From the human T2T-CHM13v2.0 reference genome, Homo sapiens, in NCBI RefSeq assembly GCF_009914755.1, contig NC_060945.1: a stretch of DNA of 64,000 nt; one strand, 5' to 3'. The notes beneath the pieces were generated by a model. It worked only from the letters and a program-made list of their open reading frames with translations. It ran no database searches and was not told the origin of the DNA. Position numbers and translations under genes: made by a program. Of this stretch, positions 45,725 to 61,886 are shown in pieces; the first letter of the stretch is position 1, and each line of letters starts with the position of its first letter.

Positions 45725-46453
45725 CTGAAAGGCAAAACCATCCTTTCAATTTAGATAAAGCAAAACAGAAACTTCCAGAGTTAAAATACCCCAGGCCCAC
45801 ATCACCAAGACAGGCCTTGTGAGCTCCTCCCTTTGCTACCTGGGCCCATCATGGAGCTGCTCTGCAGCATTCACTCCTTGTTCACGCTGGAGGTTCAGGG
45901 AGCACAGGAAGGCCCTGCCTCACAGCATCACCCGGGCAGCTCCCACTCAGCCGTTCAAGGACGGCCTGTAAATGCCACTCCCTCCCTGCCTCTGCTCTGT
46001 GTGCTAGCAGTACAACTTGGAACTAACAAGGAAAGGCCTTCAAGTTTCTAATGCCTGAAGATGCAGCCCCATCAATGCAGGAGGACACAGGCCTCTCCTG
46101 GGTGCAGCCCTGGGGACACGACATGCATCTATCATGTCCTTGGCTGAAAAGTTGCCATTTTAACCTGGTTTTACATCTTCATGTTTGCCTAGCTCTGCTG
46201 GCTGTTCATCTCCCCGCATCCACAGCTACCTGGAGCTCTGGCAGGCCACTCCACTCTCTGAACCCCAGTGAGAGAACCTGGAGCAGTTGGCTTTTCCTGA
46301 AGTCAGCTCAGCTCCATAACCTACTTTAGAGCAAGCACCTCAAATGTCCAGACTGCACTCTCCTCTCGGCCCCAACTCTTACTCCTGGTTAGTTATGTTA
46401 TAGTGTTAAGTGTTCTAATGGTGAAAATGAAGAAGGCTGTTAAACCAAAGGCC

Positions 46454-46768
<315 letters not shown>

Positions 46769-47332
46769 TAAATCCTACCTCCCTGGCCCCTCCTCTAAGA
46801 GCCTAAAAAAATTTGGCAAAAAAATTTATGTCTTTGTAAAGATATAACAATATCCTTTTTTTGGGGGTGGGGGGTGCTGGTGGTGGCCAGAATCTATTCG
46901 TGTTCAAAACATGATTTACTGAGACTAAAAGGTTACAGAATTCTGAAATATACATACCCTCCACTGAGACATGTACCAACTGCCAGGTACCTGTCTATGC
47001 CAGGCACATTTCATGCCTACTATCTCCCTTCATGTGGGCAACCCTGAAAGGCCACCGGTCATTATGCCCATTTTACATATGAGGGAACGGAGGCTCAGGG
47101 TGGGTAAGAAACTCACCTAAGGCCACATCAGCAGGTGAGGACCAGCCCCAATATTTGAAACCAGTCTGTGTATTTCTAAAGCCTGTGCTCTTAGTCACTC
47201 ATCAAGACATAACGTTTTTCAAACAGTACAGACTCACGCACCCAACAGTATCAACATCAAAAGCATTAGTAACAGTTGGTTCTAAAATCTTTTGCAAAAA
47301 CAAGCATCCTTTAAAAGAAAATCATGGCCTTG

Positions 47333-47670
<338 letters not shown>

Positions 47671-48420
47671 TCACTGAAGAATGGCCTGCACCAGTGCTTC
47701 ATGATGGGTGACCGTGGGGCAGGTGAATGTCTAATCTGTGCCACACTGTTAGGGATAACTGATGCAGCCACAGAGGGCTCCCTGCCTATGTCTGAGCTGT
47801 AATGATTTGCAGCCAGGCACATGTTTTGGGGGCACCAACTACTGAACTACAAACGTGCAAGTAAGTATGATGTGCTAGGATGCCTCTCCTTGAATCTGTG
47901 CTAACTAGAAGGTTAGACTGTCCTTTAAATGCTACATCTATTAATCTAGATGAGGTCAGGTGCTACGAATTCCAAGTCAATCTACCACACTCCCCTGTTT
48001 TCCTGTAGGGTAAGCTACACTACATTTGACTGAGTTACATAGGGAAGAAAATACATATTGAAGACAACAACAAAATTAATTCTAGGGAGGCAATGTAGTG
48101 TAGTCTAAGGAAAATGGACTTCTAAGAGGCCTTGAGGCCTGTGTTCAAATTCTAGTCCCACCTCGTATGACTTTGGGCAAGCGACTTCATCTCCCTGCAT
48201 TCGGTTTCCTCATCTGTAAAATGAGGTTAATTATACTTCTATCTCACATGAATCTTTTGATACTGAATAACATAATAAAGCACCCAGCATATAGTAGGGT
48301 TCAATAAACGGTAGCCAATTATAGCCCACTCTATCAAGTCAAAAAGATACAAAGGCCCAACGGCTCTACTCCTTCCCACTCACCACCACCAAAGATGAAA
48401 GGTTAGTAACTCTAGTTTCA

Positions 48421-48710
48421 GGCCAGGTGTGGTAGCTTACACCTTTATTCCCAGCACTTTAGGAGGCCAAGGCAGGTGGGTCACTTGAGCCCAGAAGTTC
48501 GAGACAAGCCTGGAGAACACAGTAAAACCTCCATCACTATAAAAAACACACAAAAATTAGCCGGGTGTGGTGGGGGTGCACTGTAATCCCAGCTACTCAG
48601 GAAGCTGAGGCAGGAGGATCACCTGAGCCCAGGAGGTTGAGGCTACAGAGGTGTGACTGTGTCACTGCACTCTAGCCTGGGTGACAAAGTGAGACTCTGT
48701 CTCAAAAAAA
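48421..48710 (+). mobile_element. Alu (J-like)
   Basis: TSD tctagtttca. Confidence 0.93.
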
Positions 48711-49055
48711 TAAACTCTAGAATTCTAGTTTCAGGAAACTACTTCAAGTGGTATTCATAAAATAATTCAAACGTATAATAGAGTCTAAACCACTCTTTTC
48801 CAACACATTTTGATGTACTTTACATTTAACCCAGGCCTTATGAATAATCACTGGTTACAGAAGCACTAATAAGATACACGCTGGCTTTTCCAAAGCAAAG
48901 GGTCACAGAAGCTGATATAAAAATGAAACAAACATCCCAGGTGACAAGTTACCTTTCCCAATTTCTTGATTTTACCCTGTTTTTCCCTTTTCTTCCTGCA
49001 AAAGGTGACACATGTAATATCAAGGCAAACACAGCAGCAACAACCCGTTACTTAC

Positions 49056-49168
49056 AGATGCAGAGGTCACTGTGCAAGGTACCTCTCCGCGATGGACACT
49101 CATCATGGTAGAAAAGGCAGAAACGACTCCTTGGGTATTGCTTAATCGACCATTTTCAGCAAGCAAAT
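49056..49168 (-). CDS. ATP5PO: OSCP exon 5
   Basis: ggcag|AT TTG...TCT|gtaagt; (N)[37 protein letters not shown]; 113 nt. Confidence 0.98.
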
Positions 49169-49282
49169 CTGCCAGAGTGAAGGTGTCTCAGTAACAAGAA
49201 ACTCACCTGAACAAGTTATTCATGAAGTTGTATACTCAACCCAAAAAACAAACTTAGATTTGTGGCCTTAAAACACCATATA

Positions 49283-49902
49283 CAGGGGCGCATGCCTATA
49301 ATCCCAACTACTGGAGGCTGAGGTGCAAAGATTGCTTGGGGCCATGAGTTCAAGACCAGCCAAAATAGTGAGATCCCATCTCTACAAAAAAACGTTAGGG
49401 CTTGGTGGTGCATGTCTATAGTCCCAGCTACTCAGGAGGCTGAGGCAGGAAGATTGCTTGAGCCTAGGAGTTTAAGGCTGCAGTGTGCTATGACTGTCCT
49501 ACTGCACCCCAGCCTGGGCGACAGAGCAAGATCTTGTCTCTTAAAATCACAGTATATTCAATGTTCTTTAACAATGTGAATGGAGGCCAAGTGCAGTGGC
49601 TCATGCCTGTAATCCCAGCACTTTGGGTGGCCGAGATGGGCAGAGAGCTTGCGTCCAGGAGTAACATGGGTGAAACCCTGGGTAACATGGTGAAACCCTG
49701 CCTCACAAAAAAAAAACTAAAAAATTAGCTGGGCACTCAAAAATTAGTGGCGCATGCGCGCAGTTCCAGCTACTCAGGAGGCTGAGGCAGAAGGATCACT
49801 TAAGCCCAGGAGGCAGAGGTTGCAGTGAGCTGAGACTGTGCCACTGCACTCCAGCTTGGGTGACAGAAAGGGACACCCAGGCTCAAAAAAAAAAAAAAAA
49901 AA
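49283..49902 (+). mobile_element. Two Alus (49283-49545 and 49585-49902)
   Basis: The second carries small internal duplications (gtaacatgg..tgaaaccctg twice). Confidence 0.92.
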
Positions 49903-50139
49903 GAATGGAGAAGATACAACTTGTTATTTAAAACGCATATCCAATTTTTTTTTTTTAAAATAGACTGCACTGACAAGGATTTAAATTAGTAGGTATGGGG
50001 GGTTCTCAGCTTGCAATCTGATTTTCATATTTATGTTGCAGATTGTATGTTTGGCTACAAATTCAAAGATGATATCATGAACACACTTTCTCTGCAACTT
50101 TTATTTTGAGCTGGCTATGAGGATCTGAAAAGCAATCCA

Positions 50140-50515
<376 letters not shown>

Positions 50516-50589
50516 TCACATTGGCCGCCTCCACAGTTGAAACTACTGACTATACAATTAGACATGCTTAGGTCCTAGTATCCTTTAGA

Positions 50590-50748
50590 CAATGCTCCTC
50601 ACACTTCAATGTGCAAACGATTCACTTAGGGAGCTGGTTAAGATACAGACTCTGATTCAGCAGGTTGCTGTGAGGCCTGAGATTCTTCACTGCCAACAGG
50701 CTCCCAGGTGATGCTGATGCCGCCCACAGTCCATGGACCACATTTCCA
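50590..50748. mobile_element. MER5A-like hAT-Charlie DNA transposon
   Basis: gattcagcagg...gcctgagattc...aacaggctcccaggtgatgctgatgc...gaccacattt. Confidence 0.7.
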
Positions 50749-50793
50749 GTCATAGTTTCAAGACACCTCAAATGAAAAAGTTCTAATACTCAC

Positions 50794-50923
50794 TGATCAG
50801 GTTGGTAGTGAGGGGAGAGAACCTCTCTTTTGCTGTGATGTCATTTAGGCTTTTCACTTTAATGGAACGCTTCACATAGGGATTCAAAACAGAAGCAGCC
50901 ACTTTGGGTTCCTTCAGGATTTG
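50794..50923 (-). CDS. ATP5PO: OSCP exon 4
   Basis: tttcag|CAA...ATC A|gtgagt; [43 protein letters not shown]; 130 nt. Confidence 0.98.
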
Positions 50924-50991
50924 CTGAAAGCATCAAAAAATAATTTCTTAAATTTTTTAGAGCACAAATGAAGGATGTGCCATGCACACAC

Positions 50992-51276
50992 TTTCTTTCT
51001 TTCTTTTTTGGAGACAACGTCTTGCTCCGTCGCTCAGGCTGGAGTGCAGTGGCGCAATCTTGGCTCACACAACCTCCACATCCCGGGTTCAAGCGATTAT
51101 CCTGCCTCAGCCTCCCGAATAGCTGCACCACCATGTCCCGCTAATTTTTTATTTTTAGTAGAAACGGGGTTTCGCCATGTTGACCAGGCTGGTCTTAAAC
51201 TCCTGACCTCGAGTGATCCACCCACCTCGGCCTCCCAAAGTGCTGCGATTACAGGCATGAGCCACTGTGCCCGGCC
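50992..51276 (-). mobile_element. Alu
   Basis: Antisense Alu; TSD acactttctt. Confidence 0.94.
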
Positions 51277-53373
51277 ATACAAACACTTTCTTATGAATTA
51301 AATATTTTATGAATTAAATTAGCACTGCCGAAGAACATATGAAAAAAAGATTATAATCAAACAATTTTCTGACTGCCTTTCAGAATACACTGTGCACTGC
51401 ACCAGGATTTTATATAGAATGATGTTCCTCAAAAAAATTTAAAAATACTGTACGAACTTTCTTAAATTTGTTTTTGCTTTTCAAGAAAGATTATAAAACA
51501 CTAAACAGCCAAACCTTCATTAGACTGCATACTTTAATATATTTAAGAGAGGAGTCGTCTGGTTTTCTAGCAGTGCTATTTCTAGAGTGCAGACCTCACA
51601 ACTGTGCTCTGACCACAGAGGCCTCCGCACCGCTCCCTTGGAGGGGCCCTGCCTCTTACAGAGTCCAGGGAACCCAGCAGATTCTGTGAGGCCTCTGGTG
51701 CTGCCAGAGCGGCCCCAAAGAGTCTGGGAGACAGAGTGGACAATAAAACAGGAGCACAACCATCATGGGAAACAACGTTCTTCTCATTTTGTTGTATCAC
51801 AGTGTCTGAATTCAGTGACCAAGTGCAGCTTCCAGCATGTTGCTCCAGAGTTCCAACAAACGAACAGCAGTTTCCAGTTGAGCACCTTCAGTTAACACAC
51901 CTCTCTATGCTTTTCAATTACGCTCCTAGCACCTCCTCCCAGGCTCCTGGCCAGAATCCTGCCTCTGATCCAGGATACTGGTCAGATACTATCATCCAAT
52001 GCTAACATTTCCACTTGAGTGACCCCACAGAAATGACATTTTTCCATAAAAAATGCAGGAATATACAGATTTAAAGCATTCTGGAATTTGGGTTACCTAG
52101 TTTTTCATGTTTATCTGTGTCTCCTGCATCATCCAGAGGACAGTGCGTATCCTTGTATCATCCTTCCCTCTTAGTGCCAAAACCCTGCTAATATTCAGTG
52201 TCTTAAGGTAATTGCCTCCCTTTTTCTCCATGTCTCGACTGACTGCCAGGCTTTAGACAAACTCTATTCTAATATCCACAATCCAAGTAATTCTCTCCAT
52301 TGTAAACATGATTGTTTCCGTTTAAAATGGGCATAACTGACAAGTAGCAGACAATAACCATCACCTCCAAAAATGCCTGTGTGAGACCCCGTCTGTTCCT
52401 GCATGCCCTTCCCCCAAATGTCTCCAACAACAGGGCTGGGCTCCTGGGCTCTGAGAGAATCATAAGAGTTTATCACACCAGCTAAGACCTTAAGCATTAT
52501 CTGCAGAGATAAATGGATCAAGGAAGGAATATGGAGCTAAAATTATTCTGCCTGTTAAGACGGAAGTTCCAATAGAAGCTCAAGTGAAAAATGAATAAAA
52601 CATAAACAGTACAGAACAGTAATACTTATAGACTATACATACGATGATTAATATAGAACGTAAGTATTATTACTCTATACAACTGGCCTATGAATTGTTT
52701 TTTCTAAACAATAAAAACTTGCAGATATGTGAATTAAAGAATGAAGAATCTTAAAATGAAGAAAAAACCAAACTTCCTCTGAAGAGGCTATATACCAGAC
52801 TGCGTCTCCCTCACCTTTTTTAATGCAGACCTTACTGCCAGTGGTGGCGCTAGAAAATCGAAGGAAGCAACAGAATGTGTAGAAACTTGTTAACTAGAAA
52901 ATTCGGTGAAAACGAAAGCAGACATTCTCCTATTCAGTTACAATGTAGGCTTCTGGTAATATGGTTTATTTATTCTGCTTTTCATGTTTAAAAAAAAAAG
53001 TAAAAAACATCTTGCAGCAGCCTCACAGTCTTTGCCTGTCAGTCCTCTACTACTACTGGGAAGCCCATGCCCCTTTACTAACTCTGCTGCCCAGCGCGCC
53101 CCACCCTGTTATTCTTCCCTCACATTTTGGGAACAAAATAATTAAGAGGTTTACCAAAACAATGAAAAGGTCTACATGGTTACTTCTGGGGTTCTGGCAA
53201 TTGCAAAGGCATCTCTACCAAATGAAAACAACCTGTAAGACATATCTGAGCCTCCTCTGATTCTACAAGCATAGAATATGGCAATTAAAACCTGAGGAAA
53301 AGGTTTCATGAAAACAAATTCTCAGTAAAACCAAATCACAATATATTCTAAACACCTAGCCCATAAGCATAGG

Positions 53374-53672
<299 letters not shown>

Positions 53673-53999
53673 TATAAGCATAGATTTTTAAAGGTAGCTT
53701 TTAAATTCTCTTCTGAAATAGCAATTTTCCTAAATTACCATCCATTTTAATCTTATATTTCTACCTTTTCTTAGCCCCTAATCTTGGTTCCTAATATTAA
53801 TATCCTTATATGTATCTGTTTGTTCTTTTTATATGTCTTATAATAAAAACCCAATATTATTACTAAAAATGTGTTTACAGACAATGGCTTTTTCCCAGTT
53901 TTTTCTTGCAGGATACACCTCATTAGGAATGCACAAACAACCAAAGGAAAAAATATACAAACAGGAACTTCATATGTAATGAATAGGAAAGCTACTTAC

Positions 54000-54110
54000 T
54001 GCTACTCTCAACAACTCCTTTTCTACTTGCTCCAGCTTATTCTGTTTTGATGCAGCAGAATAAAGAGCTGTGGCATAGCGACCTTCAATACCGTATACCT
54101 GAACAGGAGG
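54000..54110 (-). CDS. ATP5PO: OSCP exon 3
   Basis: ttaaag|CCT...GCA|gtaagt; [37 protein letters not shown]; 111 nt. Confidence 0.98.
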
Positions 54111-55476
54111 CTTTAAAAAAAAGGTGAAATAGGAGAGGAAGGAAAAAGGAAAATCAGTTAATAGTATACTCTCAAGAGCAGAATTTAAAATTTATATTTT
54201 AAAAAATGTATCTCTTTAACACAAAACAGTTTAAATATGTCATTCAAGAGCTGTCCTAAATGGCAATTTGCAAATAAATTAGCGATGTTTCCTTGGTCAG
54301 GTCACTCAATCTTTGAGCCTCCAATTCCTCATCTGTAAAATGAGGGGCTTAGTAGGCATTGTCTAAAGTCCCTTCCAGGTTTACATACCTTTATCAATTA
54401 CTTGTACTTTAATTTTGAGATAAGCTTATGTTTCCTTTGAACTCAGTAACTATTTAGTTTCAAGTATGGGAGGTTGTGAACACTGATAGACAGTTTCGAG
54501 TATGTTAGAGCTAGGAAAACAGGTGTTTATGAAACACACAAGTATACTTTTATACATTTCATACTAACACTACACATTTTCCCTTACATAGCCTCCCTAT
54601 CGATGTTCAGTGTAACAGAGCCCTTTGGCAGTTTACAAAAAAACCTGATGCTTGAATTATTTTTCACAATAAACTATAGACTTTTTTTCTACCATCAATG
54701 TATGACTACATGTTCTTAGTGGTGCTGTATGGTTGTAGTGGGAAAGCTCAGGCTTGGATGAGAAAGATTTAGTTCCAGTCCAGCTCTAGGACTAAGCTGA
54801 GTAACCTCAGGTAAATTTTCCCAGGGCCTCAGTTTCCCCTTTTGTAAAATGGGAAGACCAGTTACTCCTTAACACTGTTATGAAGTTTTAAGGTCTCACA
54901 TGAAGGATGAAATGATTTTGATCATTTGATTTGAGATTTAGGGCTGGTAATGAGGACGGGACAGGATAATTATCTTCCTAAATTCCACCTGACGTGGGCT
55001 CATTAAGGACACAGACCTGGTATGATCATCTTTCCTTTACACGATTTTTCCAAGGGGCGGACTGGCTCACTGTTGATTTGGTGGGGAAAAGCGTGGGTAG
55101 TATAGTCTGCCCAGCACATCTTAGAAAAGTTCCTGCTCCTTGACAGTTGAACCAATTCTCTATCACACAGGAACTTTCTTTAATCAAATAAAGAATTTCA
55201 AAATAACCCATAGAAATGGAATCAGACTTCATGTTCCAACAGGGTTGTTTCCAGCTGTTAGCCATGTATCATTTCAGGGGGCCTTCTGGGGAACTTCATT
55301 TATTATGTGTCACTAATAGTCCTCTTTATCCGGGGTCAACTGGATTACTTCTGGTTTGAAAAGAAAGGGACTGGCAACTCCCTGAAATAGTGAGCCTCCT
55401 TGGTGCCTACTGGAAAGAAAGGGTGTGAAGAGTATGAATATTTCTCACCAGAATGGAACATGGAGAACTGCATTAG

Positions 55477-55789
<313 letters not shown>

Positions 55790-56161
55790 GGTACCTTGAT
55801 TTTAATATCGTCTCCTGTAATAACTTCCTGTGATAACTTGGGCATGTCACTTTGTTAAACCTGTTTCTTTCATTAAAAAAAAAAAAGTAAGTAAATGCTA
55901 GCTTGCCTATTTTAGAGGGTTAATGGAAAAACAAATGATTAAAAAGTTTTCATATTTAAAGATTATGCATGGGCCTGTCAAAAAGCAAATACTCAACACC
56001 ATTCCTTTCCCCACCCTATGCACACAGCACATTTTGGGAACCACAAGTCACGCAAAAAGGTTTAGATAGTAACTACACAAAAATCCACGCCCTGACTGTA
56101 CTGCTGTTTGACTCACACTTTCGCGTACTTTATCATTACAGAAGAATATAAATTAACATAC

Positions 56162-56212
56162 CCTCACAAGCTTGGCAAATGGTCTGACCACAGAGGTACT
56201 GAAGCATCGCAC
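56162..56212 (-). CDS. ATP5PO: OSCP exon 2 (end of the mitochondrial presequence)
   Basis: ttgaag|GTG...AGG|gtatgt; VRCFSTSVVRPFAKLVR; 51 nt. Confidence 0.97.
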
Positions 56213-57149
56213 CTTCAAAGCAATAAAGGAAAATAGATCAAACAAAATTACTTGAAGGATTTCTGCATTTAACTCAATAACAACAAAAAATTTTAAATAA
56301 CCTTAAAATCATTACTTTTGTCTCTTTGTATATTCACATATTACATGAGGGTGAGCTACTTACTATTACTAAGGGGTAAACTTACCCAATGAGGATTATG
56401 CCAAGTTGCTTGGGAAATCACCTTCCCACGAACCTCCTAGTTTGCTAGGAATGGACCGAGGCTAGCATACCCGTAAGACAGAAAAACACTAACTTCCAAG
56501 GAGTGCATGTTTCAAAAATATTTAACCAAAATTTTGGCGTTTCTATTAACAGACCCTTGAGCAGATCATTTGCAACAGACGTACCCTCCTCGGAATGCAA
56601 ATGCTATCTGAAAATAAAGATGAATTTTTTGAGTACTGCCGCAGAGTTTGATCTGACAAGAAGCCTTAGTTCTGAGAGACACTATCCTGCCCATCAAAAG
56701 ACAGAGCTGGAATACACAGTTTAAAAATCACCTGCAAGCGCACAGGTCACAGATCACAGGTCACCTTCAAATACTCCAGCTATGGAACGTGTTTTATCAA
56801 AACTGCTTGTGAGGATTAAGACTTTTTAATGCTTATGAAAAAATTACCTAAGATGCCAGGAAGGGGTCATGATATGTAAAGCACCATGGTGAGATGCAGC
56901 ACAAACAGCATAACATTTTTTCAAACTCGATCTTCTGGGTGATTCCGTGGGTTCAAATCTCAATTCTACCACTTACTGACTGAGCAGCCAAAGACTCATT
57001 TAAACTTTTCGGCCTCATTTTATTTATAAAACTGTGAAATGTGTTTTACAAATATTCCTTAGCATTACTAGTAAGTGATCTCTGACAGGTTTTACCACAA
57101 TGGCAAAGGAAGCTGATTTGGGGGCTAGTCCATGCCCCTTCCCCGGAAT

Positions 57150-57730
57150 TCAGCGAAGGGCAGACCCCCTCTCCTGCGCCCCTCAGGCTAGCAGCTTCCA
57201 GGGGCTGTGCTCGGAAGACGCCAAGGTTACGGCACGCGCAGCCCCGCGCCTACTGCCCCGTAGGCATCCCGGGGGACAAACGCTGGGTCGTCCTGAGTCG
57301 CTCCCACTCGCCAGGTCCCATAACCTTGAAGACTGCCAGACTTCCCCAGCCGAAGCATCGCACCCTGGTGCTCGAGGTTTGGTACCGGTCATCCCAGGAG
57401 GGATCCTCCCACTGGCTCTCAGGACCACCTTTCTCTCACCTGCCGGGAGAGCCCGGACACTGCTGGGGCAGCCATCTTCTCCCGGGCGGCTGTAGGTCAA
57501 ACCCGAGTGGGAAGAGAGAAACGCGCAAGGGCGCACGCGCGCGTTGGCGTAACCGCTAGGTTCTCTGGGAAGTGTAGGCGTAGGGCGTCAGGCCGCAGGC
57601 GCAGAGACCTCCCTCGGGCTGGGAGTTGTAGTTCTTAGCAGTGGTAAGGGCTGGACCCTCGGGGTGGAGCCACAGGGCTTCGACTGCATCTGAAAATGAA
57701 GTCATTGTTACTGGCCAAGCGGCGCTCACT
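57150..57730. promoter_or_regulatory. ATP5PO: CpG-island promoter of ATP5PO with NRF1, ZNF143-type and YY1 motifs
   Basis: CpG-dense. GCGCACGCGC at 57531-57540 and CGCAGGCGCA at about 57594-57603 (NRF1-like). TGGGAGTTGTAGTT at 57620-57633 and TGGGAAGTGTAG at 57566-57577 (ACTACAnnTCCCA). AAGATGGC over the ATG (YY1). Confidence 0.85.
57440..57475 (-). CDS. ATP5PO: OSCP exon 1 coding part
   Basis: aagATGGCT...CAG|gtgaga; MAAPAVSGLSRQ. The seven exons sum to 642 nt, i.e. 213 aa plus stop. Confidence 0.98.
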
Positions 57731-57984
57731 GTAGAATGGATTTGCTGTCCCCAGTTTTAAAATTTACATTTAGATAAATATGGTGGCATTTGTTCCATTT
57801 CACAGTTATTACCAGCGTCACTGGCTTCTTTACACTTCCTTCCCAGCATGCTAAAGCCTGCATCAATGGCTTTTTCTCACGTTGCATACAAAGACAAAAC
57901 CAAAACAAAACAAAAAGCCCCCAGGAGCCTTGCAGCTCCAGGAGCGGACACCACGTCTCTCTTACCTGGGCCATGACTACCCAT

Positions 57985-58463
57985 TGTTAAATAAAGAATT
58001 ATTCAGTGATGCTTATTAAAGCATGATAAGGAAGACTTTATTCAGGACCATAGCGATGGGTATAGGACCAGTGCAACAGGGTCTGGGAGTGGGCAGAGAG
58101 ATTGGGCTCAACTCCGAAAGCAGAATGGGCAAATGGGAATTTATGGCCAAGGAGCAGTGCGGGGGTCAGTGGATAGAAAATTACTTAGAGGAAACTGGGG
58201 TAAGAGGGATTCTGGCTAAAATGACCTAGAGGAATCTTGTAGAAGACAGGCCAGGGTGATCAGACATCACCTGGGGGATGGTGAAGGATGAAGACCCTGA
58301 TCAGATATCAAAGATGATCGGTTGTCGAAGATTGGGGGTTCTGGCTAAACTGACTTAGCAGTTTTGCTAAAACTGGACTTTACAAGGAGGTGCATAGATA
58401 GGACTACGAGAAGGTTCAGAAGTCTCACTAAAGTTTGGCCAAGCAAAAGCAAAGAATCCCTGT
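57985..58463 (-). mobile_element. MER31-type ERV1 solo LTR
   Basis: Resembles the recalled MER31 consensus (ccaaactttagtgagacttctgaaccttctc...ctgaataaagtcttcctt...ttaaca on the minus strand). Confidence 0.75.
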
Positions 58464-58887
58464 GGCCCTCCATTCCCCTCCCCTCTCCCCCATCTCACCT
58501 GAGTATAGAACTGAGCTGTTGGTTTGTGAGGGCATATGGGATTCTGGTACCTAGATTCTTGATTCTGGCTAGGGCAGAGTGGCTATCTGAGCATCAGGCC
58601 TAAAATAGGAGAACCCGGGTTTGAGCAAATTTGATATTGAAACTGAGAACTGGATACTAGCCTTGGATATAGTTTGTCTGCATCCATAAAAACAACCTAT
58701 CTTCAACCCATTCTCTCTAAATAGAACTTGGTCGAATTTTCTCCTCTGTCAGAGAAGAGACTGGCTGGCAGAGCAAGGGTCAGTATTCCTGGTTGTAATA
58801 GTGGGGGTTCTGTAATCAACTTAAAAGAAAAATTCTCTGCTCAGATTTATTATAGAAACACGTTAATTCACTATTTTGCCCTTTTAG

Positions 58888-59229
<342 letters not shown>

Positions 59230-59513
59230 TAAAGAAAGTAATTGTCCTCTTTTCTTCCACTCGGAGGCAATTGTTGTAAATATTTTGGTGTCTTGTTTCT
59301 CAATATTTGTTTAGGCTGTGGCCTGAACTACCCTGGCCTGAATCCCAATCAGTTCCTTGGCCCAATTATATAACTTCTCTGTGCTTCAGTTTATTATCTA
59401 TAAAATGGGTATTATAATAGTATCTGCCTATAGGTCATTAGAAGAAACAAAAAGGTATACATGTAAAGTGCTTAGAACAATTGCCTGAGAGAGTGGTGCT
59501 TATTAATTTAGTC

Positions 59514-59815
59514 TTTTTTTTTTTTTTTTGAGACAATGCCTTGCTCTGTCACCAGGCTGGAGTGCAGTTGTGTGATCACGACTCACTGCAACCTTGACCT
59601 CCTAGGCTCAAGCAATCCTTCCACCTTAGCCTCCCCAGTAGCTGGGCCTACAGACACATGCTACCAAGCCTGGCTAATACAACATTTTTTTTTATTTTAG
59701 AGATGAGGGTCTCACTATGTTGCTCAGACTTGTCTCCAACTCCTGGGCTCAAGCAGTCTTCCCACCTCAGCTTCCCAAGTAGCTGGGACTACAAGTGCAC
59801 GCCACCACACCCGGT
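59514..59815 (-). mobile_element. Alu (J-like)
   Basis: Antisense Alu. Confidence 0.9.
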
Positions 59816-60149
59816 TATGTTAGCTCTTTATTTTGTTTGCTTTTATTATACATGCAGATTAACAATCTTTATACAGTTTGGTATTTTGCCATTTTCTTTA
59901 ATGCAAGAAAGAAAAGGATGCAAAATTACATATGAGTTATGCATTCATGCTTATAATATAAGCATATTTCCAAATTATAAAAGTTTCTAAGTATCATTTT
60001 AATGGCTGCAGGGTAGTCCATCAAGTGAATATTCTGCAACTTAATTATTCTATGATTTTTGAACATAATTCAGATGATTTCCTTTTTTCTTTTTGCTATT
60101 TTAAACAATACTGAATCTTCTAAGCATATTTAGACATATATTTCTCTTC

Positions 60150-60412
<263 letters not shown>

Positions 60413-60421
60413 TAAAAAAAA

Positions 60422-61068
<647 letters not shown>

Positions 61069-61549
61069 TAGGAAAATTTCCGAATAGATTTCCAGAATTT
61101 ACACAACTTGGTGAGAGAATATGAGTACTCTAAGAGCCTCTGATGCATGAGGCCAAGCTGCTTTTCAAAATTTTAACCAATTTATACTTTCCGTAGCAGC
61201 ACATGAAAACCCTTGTTTCACTCTACTCTGCAAACTTTCAGAGACTATTTTCAAATAAGCCTAATGAAAAGTATTCAACACATTATTTAACACAATTTAT
61301 TGAGCAGCTATTACATGTAGCCAGCTGTTCTATTCACTGAGGCTACAACAGGATACAAGACACAGTGCCTACCTTTATAAACTTTATATTCTATGAGAAA
61401 TTAAACTGCAAAACCTGTGTTTTCTGAAGTGTGGGTGTTAACAGATGTAATACAAATAAAAAGTTCTAGGGTCAACTATACTTGGGAAACTCTAGACTCT
61501 GAATATAATTCAGATGGTTTCTGCTTTTTGTTTTTTTTTTTGCCATTTT

Positions 61550-61886
<337 letters not shown>

